A stretch of DNA of 64,000 nucleotides from an uncultured Candidatus Binatia bacterium (GTDB lineage Bacteria > Desulfobacterota > Binatia > UBA9968 > CAXXLF01). Of the stretch, positions 20,306 to 30,911 are shown piece by piece (position 1 is the first letter of the stretch; every line of letters begins with the position of its first letter). The translations under genes and the position numbers were made by a program. The stretch is from positions 3,552,001-3,616,000 of the forward strand of contig OZ244621.1 of NCBI GenBank assembly GCA_965218425.1. The letters are read 5' to 3'. The notes under the pieces are model-generated. The model was not told where the DNA came from. It made no database searches and worked only from the letters and a program-made list of their open reading frames with translations.

Positions 20306-21793
20306 ATGTCGGATAGCGAGGCTCTAATCAATCGGCGAGTTGAATATCGGGATCTAAGAGGGTACCTCCAATTGCTCGAGTCATCGGGGCTTTTGCAGCG
20401 CGTCAAGGCCGAGGTGGATCTTAAGCACGAGATCGGAGCCATTTGTGTAAGGTCCCTGAAGAAGAGAGGAGTTGGCCTGCTGTTCGAAAACATCAAAGGT
20501 TATAAGAACATGCCGTTGGTGTCCAATATCCTATCTACCACCGAACAACTGGCAGTGGCATTTGGCACGGAGAGGGACGAGCAAAGGCTCTATGAGATCA
20601 TCCAGGCGGGTAAAAAACACCCGGTGACGCCTCATGTGGTGGAAGGGGGCCCTTGTCAGCAAGAGGTTCATCTGGGGGAGGATGTGGACGTCTATGAGTT
20701 CCCTACCCCCTGGTGGCATGAGCTCGACGGCGGGCAATATATTGGAACCACTGCCGGAGTCATCACGCAGGACCCTGAGACGGGCCACATCAACATGGGC
20801 ATGTACCGTGTCATGATCAAGGATAAGAACACCTTGGCCCTCAACATCAGGGGACCTCACCCGGTGGGGGAGGACCCGAACAAGCGTGGCTATGGAAGCC
20901 ATACGCAAATCCTCAAATACGAGTCTCAAGGGAAGTCGGCTCCTGTGGCGCTCGCCATCGGCATGGATCCACTCCTGGAGTATGTGGCGGCACAGAGCGT
21001 GAATTCCGCTGGGATAAGGCATGCCGAGTACGGTGTGGCTGGCGCCTGGAGGGGAACTCCGACGGAACTCACCAAGTGTAAAACCAATGATCTTTTAGTG
21101 CCTGCCTGGTCTGAAATCGTGTTGGAGGGGGAAGCCCTGCTCAACGAAAGAACAAAGGAAGGACCCCATGGTGAGTCCCAGGGATTTTACGGATGGAACG
21201 ATGAAGCCTTTGTAATGAAGGTCCGTTGCATCACGCACAGAAAAAATCCCATTAACTATGGACTGATTTGCAGGCCCCACGAAGATTACCCGAAGTTCAT
21301 GCTCTCGGCCGGTCTTCGAGCCCGGCTGGACGAACCCTGTATCAACGAAGTCTATGTGCCTGAGGTAGGAGGCGGGGGGATGGGTCTGATGGCCATCGTT
21401 TCGGCGACGGTCCGTTCCAAGGAGGACGTGGAAAAGGTAGTCAAGGCCGTTTATGAAGTCCCGAGGGAATCCTATATTTCACGAAAGCCCCGTTGGCTTA
21501 TCATTGTGGACGATGACTGCGATGTAAGGGAGTGGGAGGACGTCATGTGGAGGGTGGCCCTTGGTGTCATGCCGGACCTTGATGTCAAGGTAGGCCCCAG
21601 AACAGACTCAATATCCCATGAGCCTCTAGCCGACATTTTCGACAATCTGGCCTCCAGTGTGGTAATTGACGCGACGTTTAGAAGCAAGGAGGGGAAGGTT
21701 AAAGGGAAAGAGGGCTTTCCCCCCGGTAACCACACCAGTAGAGGGCTCAGGGCAAAAATAGATGCCCGGTGGAAAGAATATGGACTTGGCTAA
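20306..21793 (+). CDS. UbiD family prFMN-dependent decarboxylase
   Basis: DLRGYLQLLE, DGGQYI, NMGMYR, EIVLEG, EGPHGE, IIVDDDCD, VIDAT. Confidence 0.92.
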   Translation: MSDSEALINRRVEYRDLRGYLQLLESSGLLQRVKAEVDLKHEIGAICVRSLKKRGVGLLFENIKGYKNMPLVSNILSTTEQLAVAFGTERDEQRLYEIIQAGKKHPVTPHVVEGGPCQQEVHLGEDVDVYEFPTPWWHELDGGQYIGTTAGVITQDPETGHINMGMYRVMIKDKNTLALNIRGPHPVGEDPNKRGYGSHTQILKYESQGKSAPVALAIGMDPLLEYVAAQSVNSAGIRHAEYGVAGAWRGTPTELTKCKTNDLLVPAWSEIVLEGEALLNERTKEGPHGESQGFYGWNDEAFVMKVRCITHRKNPINYGLICRPHEDYPKFMLSAGLRARLDEPCINEVYVPEVGGGGMGLMAIVSATVRSKEDVEKVVKAVYEVPRESYISRKPRWLIIVDDDCDVREWEDVMWRVALGVMPDLDVKVGPRTDSISHEPLADIFDNLASSVVIDATFRSKEGKVKGKEGFPPGNHTSRGLRAKIDARWKEYGLG

Positions 21794-21958
21794 CGACGTC
21801 TCACGCTGACCGCGAAGAAGGGCTTGCAATGGCGATACGTGCAACGCAGAGGGGCCAGGAGATAATGAACGTCGAAGCGAGGATTTTAAAAGAATATAAT
21901 GGGCGAGTTTCGATGTCATGGGCTCATTGAATGCCAAAACTGTGATGGAGGTCGTAAA

Positions 21959-23248
21959 ATGCTAACCGTAGCAGAAAATGAACGGTTGACCCGAGTAGGC
22001 CCGGGCACACCCATGGGTAATCTTCTCAGGCGTTATTGGTATCCCATCGCAGGAACTCCTGAACTCGATGAGGAACCCGTTAAGGCGGTAAAAGTCCTTG
22101 GCGAATCCCTTGTGCTGTATCGGGATAGAGGAAGGCGGTTGGGCCTTATTGGCGAATCCTGTCCTCACCGCCGGGCCTCCATGATGTACGGAATTCCAGA
22201 GAAGGAAGGACTTCGGTGCGCGTATCATGGTTGGCTGTATAACGCTAAGGGAAAATGCCTGGAACAGCCTGCCGAAGATATGGAAGGAGCCGACAGCAAG
22301 TTCAAAGATAAAATCACCATACCCGCTTATCCGGTTCAAGAGTTGGGCGGGATGATCTTTGCTTACCTCGGGCCCGAGCCTGTGCCTCTACTGCCACGCT
22401 GGGACGAACTCGTTAAGGAGAATGCGATTCAGACGGTGGGCTTTGCTGTCATTCCCTGTAACTGGCTGCAAATCATGGAAAACTCTCTCGACCCGGTCCA
22501 CGTGGAGTGGTTGCATAGGTATTTTGACAACTATGTGTTGGAGCGACTCGGAAAACCGGAGTTAAAACACCCGGTCAAGCATCACATTAAGTTGGACTTT
22601 GATGTGTTTGAGTATGGAATGATCAAGCGTCGGGTGTGGACCGATGGATCGGTTGATGATGTAGAGTATCGAATCGGGCATCCGGTCCTCTTCCCTAACA
22701 TACTGGCAAATGTGGGTTATCAATTTAGGGTTCCCGTGGACGACGAGAACACGCTTCACGTTTGGTATAAGTCGAAGTCGTTACCCGAAGGCGTTCAAAC
22801 GGAGGAGAACAACAGAACAAAAGTCTACGATGTCCCGGTGGTCACTGCCGGTCCCCATGGGCGTCCACAATGGTCCCTTGTGGACAACAATAGCGGGCAA
22901 GATATGGTCATGTGGTATACGCAGGGACCCAATGCTGACCGCACCAAGGAAAAGCTGGGCACTTCGGACAAGGGAATTATTCTGTACCGAAAGCAACTGG
23001 TGGAGAACCTAGAAAAGGTCGAGCGGGGTGCGGATCCCATGAATGTTTTCCGTGACCCGGCAAAGAACGTGTGCCTAAAGATCCCTACGGAAAAAGATGG
23101 GGGCGGTATTGCCGAGCGCCGGCTAAGGGAAGTGGGGGGACGGAAGAATACCGGCTCTTCCACAAAATATGACCCCCTGGACAATAAAGAGGTCAGCGAA
23201 CTCATTGCCGGCCCCAAGGAGACGGATCCTGCCCTGACCAGAAGTTAA
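21959..23248 (+). CDS. Rieske oxygenase alpha subunit (LigXa-like)
   Basis: CPHRR...CAYHGW; ENSLDPVHVEWLH; start at ATG 21959 after GGAGG. Confidence 0.92.
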   Translation: MLTVAENERLTRVGPGTPMGNLLRRYWYPIAGTPELDEEPVKAVKVLGESLVLYRDRGRRLGLIGESCPHRRASMMYGIPEKEGLRCAYHGWLYNAKGKCLEQPAEDMEGADSKFKDKITIPAYPVQELGGMIFAYLGPEPVPLLPRWDELVKENAIQTVGFAVIPCNWLQIMENSLDPVHVEWLHRYFDNYVLERLGKPELKHPVKHHIKLDFDVFEYGMIKRRVWTDGSVDDVEYRIGHPVLFPNILANVGYQFRVPVDDENTLHVWYKSKSLPEGVQTEENNRTKVYDVPVVTAGPHGRPQWSLVDNNSGQDMVMWYTQGPNADRTKEKLGTSDKGIILYRKQLVENLEKVERGADPMNVFRDPAKNVCLKIPTEKDGGGIAERRLREVGGRKNTGSSTKYDPLDNKEVSELIAGPKETDPALTRS

Positions 23249-23262
23249 AATACGATGAGTCG

Positions 23263-24441
23263 ATGCTAACAAGAGAAGAAAATGAGACGCTGACCCGGGT
23301 GGGTCCTGGCACTCCCGCAGGGGAGTTGTTGCGCAGGTATTGGCATCCCGTTGCGGTTACGGCTGAGTTGACGAAAGAAAATCCCACCAAGTTCGTACGG
23401 ATCCTCGGTGAAAATTTGGTCCTGTTCCTCAATCGCCAGGGTAAGGTAGGTCTTCTTGCGGATCGCTGCCCCCACCGCGGTGCATCTCTTTCTTACGGCA
23501 GGGTAGAAGAAAGAGGCCTCGCCTGTGCATATCACGGTTGGCTTTTTGATACAGAAGGGAATTGTTTAGAGACACCGGCGGAACCGTGGGAGAGCAAATT
23601 TCATCTCACGGTTAAACAAAAGGCCTATCCTGTACAGAAGTTTGTTGGTTTTTACTGGGCCTACCTGGGCCCGGAACCCGCTCCCATGATACCGCCCCTG
23701 GACATCTGGGTAAGGCGCGACGGCAGGAGAGGCGTGGTGGTATACAAAGTTGTCGATTGTAATTGGTTACAATCCATGGAAAACTCTGTGGACCCAGCCC
23801 ACCTGCAGATCCTGCACCTCGATACCACCTGGTCGCGCAAGGCTCCCAGTACCACAAGGGGATATATTGACGAGGTGGAAAGGGTGGATTTCGAGGAAGT
23901 CCCCTACGGCATCATGAAAAAACGTGTATTTAAAAATGGTCGTCAGGATAACCATCCATTAATCTTTCCTAACAATCTCAGGCAAGCTAACTCAACCCAG
24001 TTCCGGGTTCCTATCGACGATACCCATACCTGGCATGTGCATGTGATCTTCGATCCGTCGGACGATGGTAGGATAGTGCAAGAGTCTGAAGATCTCCCGG
24101 TCAAGTACATGGAAGACTTTAAGGATCCCCCAGACGGTGTTCATCCCTTTACCACGTACACCATGCATGTGCCGTTAGCTCAGGACACCATGACCTGGGA
24201 GACGGCCGGGCCCATTGCCGATCGTACTGAGGAGCGCCTGGCGTCGTCCGATAAGGGCATTGTGATGTTTAGGAAGATGTTAATGCGTGAGATTCAAAAA
24301 GTTACGCAAGGAGCTGATCCAATTGGGGTTTTTAGAAGCGGCGAAACCCTAATCGATACCCAACTGGATGAGCTGTTGGATCCCGCTTGCCCCTTTCCAC
24401 GACGTATCTGGACCCTAAATGGTGACATTCGTCAGATCTGA
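23263..24441 (+). CDS. Rieske oxygenase alpha subunit (LigXa-like)
   Basis: CPHRG...CAYHGW; ENSVDPAHLQILH. Confidence 0.92.
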   Translation: MLTREENETLTRVGPGTPAGELLRRYWHPVAVTAELTKENPTKFVRILGENLVLFLNRQGKVGLLADRCPHRGASLSYGRVEERGLACAYHGWLFDTEGNCLETPAEPWESKFHLTVKQKAYPVQKFVGFYWAYLGPEPAPMIPPLDIWVRRDGRRGVVVYKVVDCNWLQSMENSVDPAHLQILHLDTTWSRKAPSTTRGYIDEVERVDFEEVPYGIMKKRVFKNGRQDNHPLIFPNNLRQANSTQFRVPIDDTHTWHVHVIFDPSDDGRIVQESEDLPVKYMEDFKDPPDGVHPFTTYTMHVPLAQDTMTWETAGPIADRTEERLASSDKGIVMFRKMLMREIQKVTQGADPIGVFRSGETLIDTQLDELLDPACPFPRRIWTLNGDIRQI

Positions 24442-24518
24442 TCGCCGGACGTTCATCCAACAGGGCCTTCCGCCAAAGGGTGGCAGTAAGCCGTAACCTC
24501 TTGGCAGACACATAGGGC

Positions 24519-24547
24519 TTGACGGGTAATCTTGAAGTGAATATGCT
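24519..24547 (+). promoter_or_regulatory. Putative sigma70 promoter
   Basis: TTGACG-N17-TATGCT upstream of the tandem binding proteins. Confidence 0.55.
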
Positions 24548-24609
24548 CGCCTATCATCGAGCTTGGAAAACATTTTCATCATATTATGGACAGACAGGAG
24601 GAGGCTGCA

Positions 24610-25734
24610 ATGTTAATGTTACGGAAAGTCAGGCGAAACGTTATTTTAGCGCTGGTGTCAGTCGCCGTATTCATTTTTATGGGTGAAGGGATCGCCCTCG
24701 GAGACTGGAAACAGGACTGGGATAAGACGCTAAAGGCAGCAAAGAAAGAAGGCAAACTGGTCCTCTATGGAGGTTATAACCCAAGATATAGGAAGTTGAA
24801 CGAGGCCTTCGAAAAAAAATATGGGATTAAAGTTAACTTTACACCCGGAGGGGGTTCCCAACATGCGACGCGTATCTTGTCCGAACGCCGAGTCAATAAG
24901 TTTTTGGTTGACGTCGTTATGGGAGGAGGGGGCACATTCCTTACTTACCCGAAAGGCGCATTCGATCCAATGCGGGAGTTAATCATCTTGCCGGAAGTGG
25001 TTGATGCATCTGCATGGTGGGGAGGGAAACTCCATTTCTTCGATGTAGATGAAAAATATGTAGTGACCACAATGGCATATGTTGGATCTGCCAGAATTGC
25101 CATCAACACGAAACTAGTGAACCCTGGGGATCTTAGATCGTGGAATGATCTGCTGAATCCCCGGTGGAAAGGAAAAATCCTTCACTTTCATCGTGGAGAC
25201 CCGGCTGTATCTCCAACAGTCATGTTCATGTATTACACACCCGGTTTCGGTCCAAAGTTCCTCTCTCGGTTCTACAGGGAAATGGATGTTACTTTTACAA
25301 GAAATCTCCGTCAGGGGATAAACTGGCTTGCCCAGGGTAAATACTCGCTCTATTTTGGCGGAACTCCAAATTCCATTTATCGAGCCAACAAAAAGGGCCT
25401 CGCCGTTAACTTCCTCCCCCATGGGCTGAAAGAAGGCGAGATCTTGTCCGGAGGTTACTGCTGCCTGGCGGCTCTCAATCGGGCTCCCAATCCAAATGCG
25501 GCAAAAGTTTTCGTCAATTGGATTCTATCCCGGGATGGGCAGACGGCATGGCAGAAGCTACCCGGCAGCCCTACTGCTTCTTTGCGGACAGATATCGCAA
25601 AGGATTATCTGCCTCAGAATATCGTACCCAAAAAGGGTGGAAAGTATTTTCATGTCCACGAAGCAAACCACTATAACCCAAAAAATTTAAAGGCGATTCG
25701 TAAGATTATTAAGGACGCCGCCAAGAAGAAATAA
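24610..25734 (+). CDS. ABC substrate-binding protein (FbpA/PotD-like class)
   Basis: Signal peptide; WDKTLKAAKKEG; PRWKGKI; APNPNAAKVFVNW; RBS AGGAGGAGG. Confidence 0.88.
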   Translation: MLMLRKVRRNVILALVSVAVFIFMGEGIALGDWKQDWDKTLKAAKKEGKLVLYGGYNPRYRKLNEAFEKKYGIKVNFTPGGGSQHATRILSERRVNKFLVDVVMGGGGTFLTYPKGAFDPMRELIILPEVVDASAWWGGKLHFFDVDEKYVVTTMAYVGSARIAINTKLVNPGDLRSWNDLLNPRWKGKILHFHRGDPAVSPTVMFMYYTPGFGPKFLSRFYREMDVTFTRNLRQGINWLAQGKYSLYFGGTPNSIYRANKKGLAVNFLPHGLKEGEILSGGYCCLAALNRAPNPNAAKVFVNWILSRDGQTAWQKLPGSPTASLRTDIAKDYLPQNIVPKKGGKYFHVHEANHYNPKNLKAIRKIIKDAAKKK

Positions 25735-25822
25735 TAGTTGGACCGGCAGTTGGCCGGGATAAATATTGGCTTCGGATGTTGAGCGACAGAAAGTTTACCG
25801 TGGTAAAATATGGAGGTTCGTT

Positions 25823-26953
25823 ATGGCGAGTCAACTACATAAGACGATTTTGACGGCCGGCTTCGTCAGCATGTCCATACTGTTCGGCTTCATTGGAGCC
25901 GACGTGGTGTGCGCAGATTGGAAGGCCGACTGGGATAAAACAGTAAAAGCGGCAAAGAAAGAAGGGCAAGTTGTCCTCTACGGTGGGTACAATCCCCGTT
26001 ATCGCAAATTGAATTCAACCTTTGAAAAAAGATATCCAGGCATCAAGGTTAATTTTACCCCTGGAGGAGGTGTGCAACACGCCATCCGGATTTTGTCCGA
26101 GCGACGAGTCAAAAAGTATCTTGCCGATATCGTCATGGGAGGCAAAACCGCTTTTGTAAAGCACTTTAAAAATGAGTTCGAACCTATTCAATCTATATTG
26201 ATTCTTCCCGAAGTAGCTGATGGATCAAAATGGTGGGGTGGAAAGCATCATTTCATCGACCGAGAAGAAAAGTATGTCATTAGCTCGACCGCATACGTCT
26301 CACCCGCCATCGCTATCAACACTAAATTGGTTGATCCAAAGGAGATTCAATCGGTCAAGGATCTTTTGAATCCAAAATGGAAGGGAAAGATCCTTCAATA
26401 CTATTCATCGGACCCGGCGTTAACCACAGTCATTCTCTTTATCTACAACACTCCTTCTTTGGGTCCGAAGTTCCTTTCCCGTCTCTACCGTGAAATGGAT
26501 TTCACCTTTACCAGGAACCTTCGCCAGGGAGTTAACTGGCTAGGCCAGGGCAAGTATTCATTGTATATCGGTGGGACCAACGCCTCTATCTATCAGGCCA
26601 ATAAAAAGGGTCTTCCGGTCTCCATCCTGCCTCATGCCCTGAAGGAAGGTGAGATTATGGAAGGGGGTTACTGTTGTTTGGGGGTCTTGGACCGTGCCCC
26701 TCATCCAAACGCTAGTAAAGTCTTTGTCAACTGGCTTCTTTCCAAGGAAGGGCAGACCACATGGCAGCAATTAAAAGGCTATCCTATTGCATCGCTGCGC
26801 AGGGATATCCCGAAGGATTATATCGATCAAAAGGTGGTGCCTAAGGAAGGAAAGAAGTATTTTTATGTGAATCAAGCCAGCAATTATAACCCAAAGGATC
26901 TGGACGCCATTAGAAAAATTGTTAACGTAGCCATCAAGAAAAGAAAGAGGTAA
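25823..26953 (+). CDS. ABC substrate-binding protein, tandem paralog of 24610-25734
   Basis: Shared LYGGYNPRYRKLN, FTRNLRQG.NWL, GGYCCL. Confidence 0.88.
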   Translation: MASQLHKTILTAGFVSMSILFGFIGADVVCADWKADWDKTVKAAKKEGQVVLYGGYNPRYRKLNSTFEKRYPGIKVNFTPGGGVQHAIRILSERRVKKYLADIVMGGKTAFVKHFKNEFEPIQSILILPEVADGSKWWGGKHHFIDREEKYVISSTAYVSPAIAINTKLVDPKEIQSVKDLLNPKWKGKILQYYSSDPALTTVILFIYNTPSLGPKFLSRLYREMDFTFTRNLRQGVNWLGQGKYSLYIGGTNASIYQANKKGLPVSILPHALKEGEIMEGGYCCLGVLDRAPHPNASKVFVNWLLSKEGQTTWQQLKGYPIASLRRDIPKDYIDQKVVPKEGKKYFYVNQASNYNPKDLDAIRKIVNVAIKKRKR

Positions 26954-26965
26954 GACGAATTAGGT

Positions 26966-27913
26966 ATGAGTACCATCGGATTAATTGGATTGGGAAATGC
27001 GGGAGGGCCCCTGGGAACGAGACTCCTCAACAAGGGCCATCAGTTCAAGGCCTACGACCTTAACCCTCAGGCCATGGAATCCATGGTCGAACTAGGGGCC
27101 ACGGCGGCAGGTTCAGCGCGGGAGGCAACCAGTGAAGTTACCATTATGGCGCTGCCATCCTCCGTGGAGGTCGGGGCCGCCATGCTGGGAGAAGATGGGG
27201 TTCTCGCGGGCATGAAGCGGGGTTCCGTGTTGATTGATTTGAGCGGGACCGACCCCGATTGCGCACGTGAGCTGCAGCAGCAGGTTAAAGACCATGGCGG
27301 AGAGTTTCTCGGTGGAACCCTCCATGCCGACGGTGCGCCTGCAATAACCATTCCAAAGGGTTTGTTGTGCATCGTCATCGGTGGAGAAAAAAGTACGATT
27401 AAGGCATGCGAGCCCATTTTGAAGGATCTTGCTCAAAAGGTGTTGTGTCTTCCCGAGCCGTGGATGCCGAAGTCTTTAAAAATAGGTGTTATTATGATGG
27501 CGACGGCCAGTTCCATCATGGTCACCGAAGTTTTGACATGGCTGGCCGCTCAGGGGATTGAGCCGCGGCTCTTTCTTGACCTGGAACGAGCTACAGGCTC
27601 GCAAGAGTCGAGTTCTCGTATCGCCCAGTTCTTCAAAAGGAAGAAAAACTACGGGGGCGCATTGAGCAATAGTTATAAAGACTTGCGCCAGGCCTTGAAA
27701 GTTGCTGGCGATTTGAATCTCCCCCTTCCGATTACAGCCCATGCCCATCAAATTCAGGAAATGGGGCGAGCCCGGGGATTGAACCGTACACCGAGTCCGG
27801 ACGCTATTGGAACTGTGTATGAGAAGTTAACGGGCGTGGATCTCGGTAGGGCGGTTTTGGACGAAGAACGCATCTTTCCCGAACCTCAAGAGCCCGAAGT
27901 CATTTACTTGTAG
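26966..27913 (+). CDS. Beta-hydroxyacid dehydrogenase family NAD(P)-dependent oxidoreductase (divergent)
   Basis: IGLIGLGNAG, MALP, LIDLS, KDLRQAL. Confidence 0.82.
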   Translation: MSTIGLIGLGNAGGPLGTRLLNKGHQFKAYDLNPQAMESMVELGATAAGSAREATSEVTIMALPSSVEVGAAMLGEDGVLAGMKRGSVLIDLSGTDPDCARELQQQVKDHGGEFLGGTLHADGAPAITIPKGLLCIVIGGEKSTIKACEPILKDLAQKVLCLPEPWMPKSLKIGVIMMATASSIMVTEVLTWLAAQGIEPRLFLDLERATGSQESSSRIAQFFKRKKNYGGALSNSYKDLRQALKVAGDLNLPLPITAHAHQIQEMGRARGLNRTPSPDAIGTVYEKLTGVDLGRAVLDEERIFPEPQEPEVIYL

Positions 27914-27933
27914 GACACTGGGAGGATATCTAT

Positions 27934-28953
27934 ATGCCTACCATCGATGCTGATGCGCATGTTCATGAGACTGAACAAACCTGGGAGTACATGGAAGGAT
28001 CGGACGCACGGTATAGACCTGTTGTCGTAAGCTCTAATAATGAACGGCGAACCTTTTGGATGATTGACGGCAGAATTTTTGGTCGTGGGGGAAACGTAAA
28101 TAAAGAAATACCGCCTGCCGTTCGCGAGATGCGAGACATCGAGTCGCGGCTCAAGCATATGGATGAGTTGGATATCGATGTCCAGGTTCTTTACCCCTCG
28201 TTATTCTTGAAGCCTCTCACTGATAAACCGGAGGTGGAGGCGGCGATATTCAAGGGCTACAACCGTTGGATGGCGGATGTCTGGAGAAAGTCAGAAAATC
28301 GTCTCCGGTGGGTATCCATGGTGCCCCTAATGAGCATAGACGAGTCTATTGAAGAGGCGAGATTTGCCAAGGACAATGGCGGGTGTGGGCTATTTTTCCG
28401 TGGTCTACCCGTTGGCAACAAGCTACTAAGCGATCCTTATTACTATACCCTTTATGAGGAGGCGGCGAGGTTAAGTCTTCCTATTTGCATCCACGCGTCG
28501 ACTGGCGACTTTGAGTGGGTGGAGCTTTTCAATGATGAGAGTGGGTTTGCGAAATTCAAGCTGGCCCCGCTCTCTGCGTTTCATTCCATTTTAAACGACG
28601 GTGTCCCATCCAAGTTCCCAACGCTGAGATTCGGCTTCATTGAAATTCGGGCACAATGGGTTCCCTATGCCATCGTGGATATAAGAAAACGTTTCGAACA
28701 AAAGGGCAAGCCTCTGGCCAAAGAAGCCCTGAGGGACAACCGCCTTTTCGTGGCCTGCCAGACCGACGATGATTTGCCTTACGTCTTGAAATATGCCGGT
28801 GAGGACAACATCGTGATTGGTTCCGATTACGGACACGCGGACACATCAAGTGAAATCGAAGCGTTGCGAAGACTAAAGGACGAGGGCGAGGTGAAGCCTG
28901 AGGTGATCGATAAGATTCTTTACGCTAACGCGAAAGCGCTGTACGGAATCTAG
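27934..28953 (+). CDS. Amidohydrolase_2 family protein
   Basis: IDADAHVHE, QVLYPS, YNRWMAD, ICIH, GSDYGHAD. Confidence 0.9.
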   Translation: MPTIDADAHVHETEQTWEYMEGSDARYRPVVVSSNNERRTFWMIDGRIFGRGGNVNKEIPPAVREMRDIESRLKHMDELDIDVQVLYPSLFLKPLTDKPEVEAAIFKGYNRWMADVWRKSENRLRWVSMVPLMSIDESIEEARFAKDNGGCGLFFRGLPVGNKLLSDPYYYTLYEEAARLSLPICIHASTGDFEWVELFNDESGFAKFKLAPLSAFHSILNDGVPSKFPTLRFGFIEIRAQWVPYAIVDIRKRFEQKGKPLAKEALRDNRLFVACQTDDDLPYVLKYAGEDNIVIGSDYGHADTSSEIEALRRLKDEGEVKPEVIDKILYANAKALYGI

Positions 28954-29071
28954 GGTGATTTGCTAATATTGCCTGTTGATTCGAAAGCAGTCGGAGGAAT
29001 TGTTTTGGCCTTTCCACCGTCATCAAAGTCGGCTCCTCTTTGCGGTTTCTCTCTAAAACTACAAGGTCGCC

Positions 29072-30805
29072 ATGGACGAAGTAGGATCTAAACCTCAAAG
29101 GTTTTTTCTGCCCTGGAAACGTCGCCTCAATGGGGGGCTTTTGCTCATGGTCCTACTGCTGGGTACCATGGGTTTTTATATACTGTATCCACTTCTGTTG
29201 ATTCTCATTAACAGCTTTAACGTAGCCTCCATTGCCGATCCGCCGGTTTATAGTCTTGAGGCCTGGAGGGTAGCGTTCAGCGACGCGGACCTGTGGGTTT
29301 CACTCTGGAATACCATCAAGATTGCCGCAGTTTATCAAACCATTGCCTTCCCGATCGGCATCATTATCGCCTGGCTGCTTGCCCGGACGAATATGCCCTT
29401 TGCCAGGGGCTTTGAATTCATGTTTTGGGTGTCTTTTCTACTCCCTAATCTTGCGACCACATTCGGCTGGATTATGCTTTTGGACCCCAGTACGGGACTC
29501 ATCAATAAATGGCTAAAAGAGCTGCCACTCTTAAATGGGCTTTCTTTCGATATTTATTCTTTTTGGGGAATCATCTGGGCCCATTTGATGGCCAACGGGA
29601 TTTCCATCAAGGTGATGCTATTGACGCCGGCGTTTCGCAGAATGGATGCCTCCCTGGAGGAGGCCAGTCGAATGATGGGCGGGAACACCCTGATTACAAT
29701 GCTGCGCATTACGATACCGGTTATGACACCGGCTCTGGTTGTGGTGTTTTTGTTGAGTTTGATTCGAATGTTCAGCACCTTTGAGACCGAACTGCTTTTA
29801 GGGGCGCCGTGGGGTTTTTATGTTTACTCCACCAAGATCGTAGACCTTGCGAAGCAGGATCCGCCCTTATTAAATCAAGCGGCTGCCTTGGGCAGTATTA
29901 CACTTCTATTCTTGGCCGTCTTTATTCCCCTGCAAAGATGGCTGATTGCCCGCCGCCAGTTCACCACAGTGACAAGCCAGTTTAAACCTAAACTGGTGGA
30001 CCTGGGGCCTTGGAAGATTGCTGCAACGGCTCTTGTTTTCCTGGTTACCTGTTTACTGGTGATCATACCTAGCCTCAGCGTATTGGGTAGTACCTTTATG
30101 GTACATTTTGGATTCTTTAATTTGCCTGACACCTGGACCTTGGAATACTGGCAATTGGGACTGAACGATCAAGGATTGTTACGAGCCTTTACAAATACCA
30201 TGATCATAGCGGGTGCCGCGGCTTTGGTTGGCCCTTTTTTATTTTCCCTGGTGGCTTATGTGTTGGTTCGAACGAGACTCCCCGGCCGTTCTTTGCTGGA
30301 CTCCCTCTGCTGGATTCCCTCTGCCATTCCGGGCATCCTTGCGGGGTTAGGGCTTCTTTGGATGTTTCTTGGAACTCCGTTCTTTCGGCCGTTCTACGGC
30401 AGCCTGTTTCTTTTGACTCTGGCCACTGTACTCGGCGGGGTCACTCTAGCCACTCAGGTGCTGAAGTCCAATTTTATTCAGTTAGGAAATGAACTGGAAG
30501 AAGCCTCTCGCATGTCCGGCGCCGGGTTTTGGCGGACCTATTTTAAAGTCGTTCTTCCCTTGATGGCGCAAACCATGGTTCTAATAGGTGTATTAAAGTT
30601 TATGTTTGCGGCTCAACATACCTCCAGTATTATCTTGCTTGCCACTTCACATACTTGGACGCTATCGTTGCTTACTCTTGAGCAAATTTCATACGGATAC
30701 TATGAGCAAGCCAGCATTACCATCTCGCTGATTATCGTGCTTACCCTCGGGTTAGCGATCGTAGCCAGATCCTTTGGTCTAAAGGTGGGAGTTCGAGCGG
30801 ATTAG
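29072..30805 (+). CDS. ABC permease, fused double TM module (FbpB-like)
   Basis: Two EAA loops (LEEASRMMG, LEEASRMSGA); many TM helices. Confidence 0.92.
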   Translation: MDEVGSKPQRFFLPWKRRLNGGLLLMVLLLGTMGFYILYPLLLILINSFNVASIADPPVYSLEAWRVAFSDADLWVSLWNTIKIAAVYQTIAFPIGIIIAWLLARTNMPFARGFEFMFWVSFLLPNLATTFGWIMLLDPSTGLINKWLKELPLLNGLSFDIYSFWGIIWAHLMANGISIKVMLLTPAFRRMDASLEEASRMMGGNTLITMLRITIPVMTPALVVVFLLSLIRMFSTFETELLLGAPWGFYVYSTKIVDLAKQDPPLLNQAAALGSITLLFLAVFIPLQRWLIARRQFTTVTSQFKPKLVDLGPWKIAATALVFLVTCLLVIIPSLSVLGSTFMVHFGFFNLPDTWTLEYWQLGLNDQGLLRAFTNTMIIAGAAALVGPFLFSLVAYVLVRTRLPGRSLLDSLCWIPSAIPGILAGLGLLWMFLGTPFFRPFYGSLFLLTLATVLGGVTLATQVLKSNFIQLGNELEEASRMSGAGFWRTYFKVVLPLMAQTMVLIGVLKFMFAAQHTSSIILLATSHTWTLSLLTLEQISYGYYEQASITISLIIVLTLGLAIVARSFGLKVGVRAD

Positions 30806-30911
30806 GCTTTTCTAAGGTCAACTAAATAGCCTTCGGTGAATGCTCTAAATCTGCTATTCTAGAGTTGCTATGTAGTTCTCTCTAAACCATCCATAAGGAG
30901 AGATTATCTTT

